The position numbers and the translations under genes were made by a program. A DNA stretch of 34,703 bases from Actinomycetota bacterium (GTDB lineage Bacteria > Actinomycetota > Acidimicrobiia > Acidimicrobiales > Aldehydirespiratoraceae). The notes under the pieces were generated by a model, which worked only from the letters and a program-made list of their open reading frames with translations, was not told the origin of the DNA and ran no database searches. Shown piece after piece: positions 26,402 through 32,005 of the stretch. Numbering within the stretch: the first letter of the stretch is position 1; each line of letters opens with the position of its first letter. The stretch lies in assembly GCA_012271125.1 (NCBI GenBank), contig JAAXHB010000004.1:1-34703 (forward strand), in the 5' to 3' direction.

Positions 26402-26638
26402 TCAGCCTCCCGACACTGGCGGCAAAATCGCTATCTCGTCGTCTTCGCCAACGGGTTTGCTCGGCTCCACAACTTCGCCGTTGCACCAGACCTGACACGA
26501 CTCCAAAAGCGACGCAAAATCGCGTCCATAGCGTGCGCACGCTGCCTCAAGCACTTGGCGCACCGTTGCGCCTTCAATCGTGTCATGCCCAATGCCGGCA
26601 GCCTCTCTAGCCGAAGCAAAAAGCCGCACCCTCGCCAC
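26402..26638 (-). CDS. MoaD/ThiS-family sulfur-carrier protein
   Basis: A 78-aa protein with a beta-grasp-type sequence ending in ILPPVSGG (C-terminal Gly-Gly). It lies 22 bp upstream of mshA on the same strand. Confidence 0.8.
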   Translation of the reverse strand: MARVRLFASAREAAGIGHDTIEGATVRQVLEAACARYGRDFASLLESCQVWCNGEVVEPSKPVGEDDEIAILPPVSGG

Positions 26639-26677
26639 ACCCGCAGGGTAATACCGTCACCGTGGGGCAAAATAGGG

Positions 26678-27337
26678 GTGGTGGAGTTTTGGTTGGTGAG
26701 GCATGCCCAGTCGCGGTGGAATGCGTTGGGCAAATGGCAGGGCCAAGCAGACCCAGACCTATCAGCAAGAGGACGTAAACAGGCTGAAGAAGCCGCCAGC
26801 AGGCAAGCCTCTAAAGCAACCCACCAACCGCTAAAAACCAGCCCGTTTGCGGCGGTGGCATCAAGTGATCTAGCACGGGCAAAAAGCACCGCGGAGATCA
26901 TTGCTTCAGCTACTGGCTGTGGCCCGGTAGTCGTTGATGCTGGGCTGCGAGAACGTGAAATTGGCGAATGGGAAGGCCTAACTGCTGAAGAGATCGAGGC
27001 TCGTGATCCGGGTGCGCTCGACAGCGGATGGCGTCCCCCAGGCTGGGAACTTGACGAGCCACTGCTTGAGCGTGCCGTTGCCGCCTTTCACCGCATCCGC
27101 AATGCCGTCTCTTCTACCCATTCTCCCAAATCGCCACCCGACCCTCGACCCATTCTAGTTGTAATACATGCTGGCATATTGTATGCTCTTGAAATGTATT
27201 TTGATCACGAATTTAGGAAGACCAGCAACCTCACCGGTCGCGTCCTCACATATACCGCAGATGACAACACCAGACTTAGTGGGGGACTTAATGGCGGACT
27301 TGATGGCTATGTCCTCGGCGAACGTATCACTTTATGA
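26678..27337 (+). CDS. histidine phosphatase (phosphoglycerate-mutase-like) family protein
   Basis: Has WLVRHAQSRWN (RH catalytic motif), SSDLARAKSTAEII, LREREIGEWEGLT and VVIHAGIL. The start is placed at the GTG at 26678, because the longer ORF from 26360 overlaps moaD-like and mshA on the opposite strand. Confidence 0.8.
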   Translation: MVEFWLVRHAQSRWNALGKWQGQADPDLSARGRKQAEEAASRQASKATHQPLKTSPFAAVASSDLARAKSTAEIIASATGCGPVVVDAGLREREIGEWEGLTAEEIEARDPGALDSGWRPPGWELDEPLLERAVAAFHRIRNAVSSTHSPKSPPDPRPILVVIHAGILYALEMYFDHEFRKTSNLTGRVLTYTADDNTRLSGGLNGGLDGYVLGERITL

Positions 27338-27346
27338 GAACTGCTT

Positions 27347-27850
27347 ATGAGTAGCAGCCGGTTGCCCATAAAACTGATCAAGAGCCGACAGCGCAAAAAG
27401 TCAAGCGCGGCACGCATCGTCGACGGTGTCATCGAGGTGCGAGTGCCCTGGCACTTTTCAGACACCGAGGCTGCCAAAACTGCACGCGAACTTGCAGACA
27501 AGGTTCAACGCAAGAACCGCTGCGCCGATGTCGATCTCGCCAAAAAAGCCGCTGTGCTCGCAAAACGTTTTGATCTGCCAAACCCGGAATCGATTCAATG
27601 GTCAGACCGTCAAAACAAACGCTGGGGCTCGTGTAACACAATCAAGGGAACGATCAACATTTCAGCTTGGCTTGTTGATCATCCCCAATATGTGCTCGAC
27701 CATGTCATTGTCCATGAGCTCGCCCACCTAATCGAAGCCAACCACTCCAAGAAGTTCAAAGCCCTTGTCGCCCGCAACCCCAAAGCCGAACGCGCCGAGG
27801 GCTATTTGCATTGCCTCGCCCGCGTCGGAGCAGCTTCTCAAGGCTGCTAA
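27347..27850 (+). CDS. YgjP-like / DUF45 zinc metallopeptidase-fold protein
   Basis: Has WGSCN...I, then VIVHELAHLIEANHSKKF (HExxH plus NHS), the typical DUF45 layout. Confidence 0.75.
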   Translation: MSSSRLPIKLIKSRQRKKSSAARIVDGVIEVRVPWHFSDTEAAKTARELADKVQRKNRCADVDLAKKAAVLAKRFDLPNPESIQWSDRQNKRWGSCNTIKGTINISAWLVDHPQYVLDHVIVHELAHLIEANHSKKFKALVARNPKAERAEGYLHCLARVGAASQGC

Positions 27851-27868
27851 CCCTTGTAGCGTTTTAGT

Positions 27869-27941
27869 GGGCCGCTAGCTCATCGGGTAGAGCAGGAGAC
27901 TTTTAATCTCAAGGTGCCGGGTTCGAGCCCCGGGCGGCCTA
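27869..27941 (+). tRNA. tRNA-Lys (anticodon UUU), no encoded CCA
   Basis: Hand-folded cloverleaf: acceptor GGGCCGC/GCGGCCT (G1-U72 wobble), D arm GCTC-ATCGGGTA-GAGC, anticodon arm GGAGA-CTTTTAA-TCTCA (27-43 mismatch), variable AGGTG, T arm CCGGG-TTCGAGC-CCCGG, discriminator A. It is 73 nt long. Confidence 0.85.
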
Positions 27942-27943
27942 CT

Positions 27944-28687
27944 GTGGACTGGCCACCCGATCACACCACAGAGGGGTTCGGGTTTCCATCAAGTCGTCGT
28001 TCAAGAAGCATCAACTGGCGACTCATTTTCGTTGCCCTAATAACACTTGCGGTCATTTTGGCTATCGCGATCTGGGCAATCGGAGGCGGCTCAGATGAAC
28101 CCGCCACGGTTGACACCGTCGAAACCACCACGACGACGACCTCTACAACCACCACTTCCACAACGGTCGCTATCTCCACTACAACCTTCACCACAACGAT
28201 TCCGCTCAACGCCGGCGACTACGGCCCGTCAAAACTCGGCGACCATTCGACGCTTTCAACCGTCGGCCTTGATGTTGTCTCCTTCGGGCTGACCGTCGCC
28301 CAAGCCCAGCGAGCCGCCGGCACCCTGCTGGTGCCGATCACACCCGTCGGCGATTGCTACCACGTTGTGCCCCATGACGCCCCCGAGGGGATTGTCTTTT
28401 TAGTTCAGTCAGGCACTATCGAACGTGCCGACATCAACAGCGGCATCATCACCACCCGCTCAGGCGTGGGCATCGGCACACTCGATGAGACGATCTTTGC
28501 CCTCTTTGGCGACTCCATCGAGACCTCGATCCGCAACGACGGAACCGTCGACCTGGTCTTCGTGCCTCAAGACTCCGGCGACGCCAACTTCCGTGTTGTG
28601 TTCAACATCGCCGATGGCAAGGTGCGCATGATGAAAGCCGGACGCATCCCCTACGTCCTCGCCGACACGGGCTGCGAGACGTCTTAA
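27944..28687 (+). CDS. hypothetical membrane-anchored exported protein (TM anchor, Thr-rich linker, globular domain of about 150 aa)
   Basis: The listed start at 27914 lies inside the tRNA. The only downstream in-frame start before the TM helix is the GTG at 27944. The layout is a basic stretch RRSRS, TM helix LIFVALITLAVILAIAIWAI, then TTTTTSTTTTSTT. Confidence 0.6.
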   Translation: MDWPPDHTTEGFGFPSSRRSRSINWRLIFVALITLAVILAIAIWAIGGGSDEPATVDTVETTTTTTSTTTTSTTVAISTTTFTTTIPLNAGDYGPSKLGDHSTLSTVGLDVVSFGLTVAQAQRAAGTLLVPITPVGDCYHVVPHDAPEGIVFLVQSGTIERADINSGIITTRSGVGIGTLDETIFALFGDSIETSIRNDGTVDLVFVPQDSGDANFRVVFNIADGKVRMMKAGRIPYVLADTGCETS

Positions 28688-29226
28688 CGGAACCAGCCTG
28701 TCTTGTAACTGTTACAAGCAACCTCCACCGTCCCAAAGCCAAGCTCGCTGGACTGACCCGTCTCAAGGTCCAGTCCTGACGCCAATCGCAGCGCCGAGGC
28801 GCGGATCACATCGTCTTGCAAAAACAACTCAAGTGGCGCATCCAAAGTCGACTCCACCAAGGTCCCGTTACTGAGTCGCAGCCCTATATATGGCTCCCCC
28901 AGAAACGACCGTACGTATAGCTCGGTAGGTCCGGAGTCGTCGCTGCCCGACCCTAATGCCAGCACTTCGCCTGCTCCTACGTCGTAGCAGGTCACGTCAA
29001 AGGAATAGTCCCGCCCTGCCACCGAAACCAGTCCTGTGGAGCCGGTGTCGTCGTCAACGTCGTCGTCAATGTCATCGTCAACGTCGTCGCCAACGTTGTC
29101 GTTTACAGCGGCTGACGTAGTTGGCGTTGTCACAGCTGAGTCGTCCAACGATTCATCCAGCGTCAAACATCCGGTCGCTATAAATAAAGCCAAGGGGAAT
29201 AAAAGCAGCGCCGCCACGAATCTCAC
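28684..29226 (-). CDS. hypothetical lipoprotein with an acidic repeat linker
   Basis: Has a signal peptide with a lipobox-like LFIATGC, a D-rich linker (NDNVGDDVDDDIDDDVDDDTG) and a C-terminal domain with 2 Cys. Its stop codon overlaps that of the convergent gene (TTAA at 28684-28687). Confidence 0.65.
   Translation of the reverse strand: MRFVAALLLFPLALFIATGCLTLDESLDDSAVTTPTTSAAVNDNVGDDVDDDIDDDVDDDTGSTGLVSVAGRDYSFDVTCYDVGAGEVLALGSGSDDSGPTELYVRSFLGEPYIGLRLSNGTLVESTLDAPLELFLQDDVIRASALRLASGLDLETGQSSELGFGTVEVACNSYKTGWFR
29047..29106. repeat. 12-bp tandem repeat x5 (degenerate) inside the lipoprotein gene
   Basis: The units are gtcgtcgtcaac, gtcgtcgtcaat, gtcatcgtcaac, gtcgtcgccaac and gttgtcgtttac. 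Confidence 0.85.
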
Positions 29227-29234
29227 GCGCTCAA

Positions 29235-29468
29235 ATGTTAGAACCCCGCCACATATTGCTATTTGTCACCGGGCTATTTGTCACTGGGCTATTCGTTGCC
29301 GGACTGTTCGGCACCGGCTTATGCCATCCATCACCGCCTCAGATTCAGGTAGCGTTTTGCGCCGTGTCAAGCACCTACCGCCGCCCCCGCTTGCTGCTCA
29401 CAATCGTGGCACTTCTGGTGGTGTCGATGATGGTGGCGTCACTAGCTGTCGGGCTCATTTCCACCTAG
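29235..29468 (+). CDS. candidate small two-TM protein (77 aa) with an (LFVTG)x4 repeat; uncertain
   Basis: The ATG is at 29235 and the TAG at 29466-29468. There are two hydrophobic segments, the first built from the 15-bp repeat. I see no clear RBS, so this could be a non-coding repeat region instead. Confidence 0.3.
   Translation: MLEPRHILLFVTGLFVTGLFVAGLFGTGLCHPSPPQIQVAFCAVSSTYRRPRLLLTIVALLVVSMMVASLAVGLIST
29258..29317. repeat. 15-bp tandem repeat x4, progressively diverging
   Basis: The units are gctatttgtcaccgg, gctatttgtcactgg, gctattcgttgccgg and actgttcggcaccgg. Confidence 0.9.
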
Positions 29469-29475
29469 TAACACA

Positions 29476-29543
29476 ATGAGTCTGTCAAATGAGCACAGCC
29501 CGATGAGCCCTACTCAATGAGTACAGCCCAATGAGCACAGCAA
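29476..29543 (+). repeat. ladder of five ATGAG-containing units (13/14-bp period) ending on the PPIase start codon
   Basis: ATGAG occurs at 29476, 29489, 29503, 29517 and 29531. The units aatgagcacagccc (29488), aatgagtacagccc (29516) and aatgagcacagcaa (29530) are near-identical. Confidence 0.9.
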
Positions 29544-30643
29544 AGCGTACGCGGCAACGCCAAAACCGCAGCCTGCGCCGAGCTGCCGAGGAAGAGTTAG
29601 CACGCAAGGCAGCGACCGCTAGGCGAGTTAAGCGCATCGGCATTCTCGCCACTATTGCGGCACTGCTGCTAGTCGGTTTGGCTCTCTGGCAAAACCGAGG
29701 CGACGACGGCGACGATCCGACCGCGATCACCGACACTGCTGACCTCGATCCCGGAAACAATGATCCTGGAAACAATGATCCTGCCAATACTGATAGTGCC
29801 GACCCACTTAACGACGCCGACCCGCCGGAACCAACGTTCCCAACTGATGACGACAACGATGACAATGATGATGGTGCCGACGGCACTGACGACGGTGACG
29901 ATGCCACAGACGACACTGATTCTTCAAGTGACGATTCCGGCGACGACACTGACGATGCCGACATAGCCGATGACACCGACGATTCAAGCAGCGCAGACGA
30001 ACCCGCAACACTCCTTGAATCCGACAACCCTGACTGTCCGCCAGTCGGTGGTGTAGCCACCCCGGTCATTGACTTCGACGATCAGCAGCCCTTCTGCATA
30101 AATCCCACGGGCAACTACACAGCGGTTATGGACACAAGTGAAGGCACCATGCGCTTCAGCCTTGACGCTTCTCAGTTGCCCGTCACTGTCAACAACTTCG
30201 TCACCTTGGCACGCTGGGGTTACTACGACAACACGACCTTGTTCCGCACCGACCCTTCAATCGACATCATCCAAGGCGGCTCACCTCATACCAACAGCGC
30301 CTCAGACCCCGGCCCCGGCTACACGATCCCTGATGAGCCAGCCTTTGACATTGACCCCGACACCGGACAGCTAACCGGCCCGTACCGCTATGAGCCAGGA
30401 CAACTGGTGATGGCACGTTCCTCTGGGCGCGACGCTGCCGGTGCGCAGTTCTTCATCACCACCGGTCCCAACGCTTCGCTGCTTGACGGCCAGGGCACCT
30501 ATGTGATCTTTGGCGACACCGACTCAGCAGGTTTGGAGGTAGCGCAGTCCATCATTGCGCTGCATGAACCCGGTGGTGCTTTAGGCGGCGCACCTTCACG
30601 CGAGGTGCGCGTTAACTCTGTGACGATTGAGGCAACGCCCTAA
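29531..30643 (+). CDS. membrane-anchored cyclophilin-type peptidyl-prolyl cis-trans isomerase with a long acidic linker
   Basis: Has a basic N-terminus, TM helix IGILATIAALLLVGLALW and a D/T/S-rich linker of about 110 aa. The cyclophilin motifs are FRTDPSIDIIQGG, GQLVMARSSGRDAAGAQFFITTG and YVIFGDT. Confidence 0.85.
   Translation: MSTAKRTRQRQNRSLRRAAEEELARKAATARRVKRIGILATIAALLLVGLALWQNRGDDGDDPTAITDTADLDPGNNDPGNNDPANTDSADPLNDADPPEPTFPTDDDNDDNDDGADGTDDGDDATDDTDSSSDDSGDDTDDADIADDTDDSSSADEPATLLESDNPDCPPVGGVATPVIDFDDQQPFCINPTGNYTAVMDTSEGTMRFSLDASQLPVTVNNFVTLARWGYYDNTTLFRTDPSIDIIQGGSPHTNSASDPGPGYTIPDEPAFDIDPDTGQLTGPYRYEPGQLVMARSSGRDAAGAQFFITTGPNASLLDGQGTYVIFGDTDSAGLEVAQSIIALHEPGGALGGAPSREVRVNSVTIEATP
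29747..29791. repeat. 15-bp tandem repeat x3 inside the PPIase linker (DPGNN-DPGNN-DPANT)
   Basis: The units are gatcccggaaacaat, gatcctggaaacaat and gatcctgccaatact. Confidence 0.85.
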
Positions 30644-30719
30644 CTCACCTTGCCTAATCCACCTTGCTCTAACAATCTTTGTCCTAATCAATCTTTGCCC
30701 TAACTCAGCTCCGCCCTAC
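30639..30719. repeat. degenerate tandem array of about 15 bp (..CTTTGCCCTAA..) x5-6 filling the convergent intergenic region
   Basis: (C)CCTAA recurs with TAA at 30641, 30655, 30670, 30685 and 30701, then ccctac at 30714. The first TAA is the PPIase stop. The cta at 30700-30702 is the stop of the minus-strand gene. Confidence 0.8.
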
Positions 30720-31212
30720 CCCTGCTGTCGGCGTCTCCAGTTATTGGCGATGTCGATGTTGACGATGTCGACGTTGTGGCGTGACGAGCTCTTAGCTCCA
30801 CATAGTTGCCTCGAGATGTACCGGCTGCTTTGAATCGCCGCACATCGGTAACAGCAAGTCCTCCAGCCCAAAGCGCAGCAACAAGACTTGATGAACCCAG
30901 CCGGCTCCGTCGCCAATAAGCATGACTCCAGCGACTTGGCATCGGTTCAACCATCCAAAGCCAACCATCTGACGCAAGCACCGCCGTCAACATCTCCGGC
31001 AACGTCTCGGGCAGATTATTGAGACCGCTAGTGGTTTCGGTTTCTGAGACCCAGATGATCGTGTCAAAGGTTTCGCCCAGCTGCACATGTTCTCGAAGCG
31101 TCGCCAACAAGGAACTCGCCGACATATCCGACAAGTCCAAGACCTTGCCCTGCGCTGCAGCGTGTATCGCCTCGGTGCAACGCCGCAGCGCAGTTGCTGT
31201 GTTTGTCACCAC
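30700..31212 (-). CDS. hypothetical protein, possibly a class I methyltransferase-like fold with a degenerate SAM motif
   Basis: A 170-aa ORF. KVLDLSDMSASSL sits where VLDLGCGTG would be, followed by FDTIIWV and DGWLWMVEP. The resemblance is weak and judged only by eye. Confidence 0.45.
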   Translation of the reverse strand: MVTNTATALRRCTEAIHAAAQGKVLDLSDMSASSLLATLREHVQLGETFDTIIWVSETETTSGLNNLPETLPEMLTAVLASDGWLWMVEPMPSRWSHAYWRRSRLGSSSLVAALWAGGLAVTDVRRFKAAGTSRGNYVELRARHATTSTSSTSTSPITGDADSRGRAELS

Positions 31213-31335
31213 TTCAAACTAGCTACGCCGTCCGACTCAGCTTGAGCCTTCTTCCTTTTTGCTTACCTGACCTCGCAATTATGAACCCCGCAGCGAGCAC
31301 AAGGTTCGTTGCTAAATCCCCTAAAGGAGATCCAA

Positions 31336-31908
31336 ATGAAGAAACGTTTTGCTCCAGTCGTCGCCGTGCTGATCGCCAGCATGATCGCGGCACTTGCGCT
31401 GACAGTGTCACCTGCCGCCGCCCATGACGGCGATGATGCTCACAACGCTCTGGACCGTCGCGAGCATCGCCAAGCTCACCGCAGCGAAAAGGCAGCGGTG
31501 CTAGCCGAGGCGCTAGGCATTGAAGTTGAGGATCTGCGCACTCAGCTCAAGGCCGGCGCATCGCTAGCTGAGATTGCTGAAGCCAACGACGTCGATCCTC
31601 AAAATGTCATTGATGCCATCGTTACAAAAATGACAGAGCGGATGACTGAGCGCATCAATACCGCCGTTGAGAATGGTCGCCTAACCCAAGAGCAGGCTGG
31701 CACCATCTTGGCTATGGCCGAAGAACGCGCCAACGCCAAAGTCAACGGCACATATGGCAAAGGTGCCGGTAAAGGCTTTGACAAAGGTTTCGGGGGCAAA
31801 GGCTTCGGGCACCGAGGTCTCGGCAAGCACTTCGGACACCGTGGCTTTGGCGGAGCTGACTCTGGCACCAGCTCTAACACAGCTATTCCGGCAGCACTAG
31901 CCGCCTAA
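31336..31908 (+). CDS. hypothetical secreted protein with a Gly/Lys/Phe/His-rich C-terminal tail
   Basis: The ATG at 31336 follows AAAGGAGA. It has a signal peptide (MKKRFAPVVAVLIASMIAALALTVSPAAA), a helical middle region (GRLTQEQAGTILAMAEER) and the tail GKGAGKGFDKGFGGKGFGHRGLGKHFGHRGFGG. Confidence 0.7.
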   Translation: MKKRFAPVVAVLIASMIAALALTVSPAAAHDGDDAHNALDRREHRQAHRSEKAAVLAEALGIEVEDLRTQLKAGASLAEIAEANDVDPQNVIDAIVTKMTERMTERINTAVENGRLTQEQAGTILAMAEERANAKVNGTYGKGAGKGFDKGFGGKGFGHRGLGKHFGHRGFGGADSGTSSNTAIPAALAA

Positions 31909-31976
31909 ATCACCACAAGGATCTCCACGATCCTCCCCCAATGCGCTGATTACGCCAGCAGTCAGCGCACCACTAA

Positions 31977-32005
31977 AGCGGGGCCCATCCGGGCCCCGCT
32001 TTTTC
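31977..32005. terminator. rho-independent terminator between convergent genes
   Basis: A perfect 10-bp GC-rich stem, AGCGGGGCCC (31977-31986) with GGGCCCCGCT (31991-32000), has loop atcc and is followed by TTTTT. The T-run overlaps the stop codon of the minus-strand gene. Confidence 0.8.

Noticed and set aside
26360-26677. The N-terminal 106 codons of the listed 325-aa plus-strand ORF
   Set aside because: This part overlaps the mshA start and the whole moaD-like gene on the other strand. The histidine-phosphatase homology begins only at about 26678 (VVEFWLVRHAQS).
27914-27943. The listed start of the 257-aa ORF lies inside the tRNA-Lys gene
   Set aside because: This stretch is the T-arm and acceptor stem of a well-folding tRNA, so the CDS start was moved to the GTG at 27944.
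29258-29543. Possibility that the short-period repeat arrays are a CRISPR array
   Set aside because: The units are 14-15 bp long and directly abutting, with no unique spacers of about 30 bp. No cas genes are present in the window.
29485-30069. A 194-aa Ser-rich minus-strand ORF
   Set aside because: It is antisense to the acidic (GAC/GAT-rich) linker of the PPIase gene. Its poly-Ser composition is the mirror image of that linker, and I see no start context or motif.
30639-30719. TTAGGG on the minus strand of the CCCTAA repeat resembling a telomeric repeat
   Set aside because: Only the hexamer core matches, and it is embedded in units of about 15 bp. The location is internal, between two genes, so nothing suggests a replicon end.
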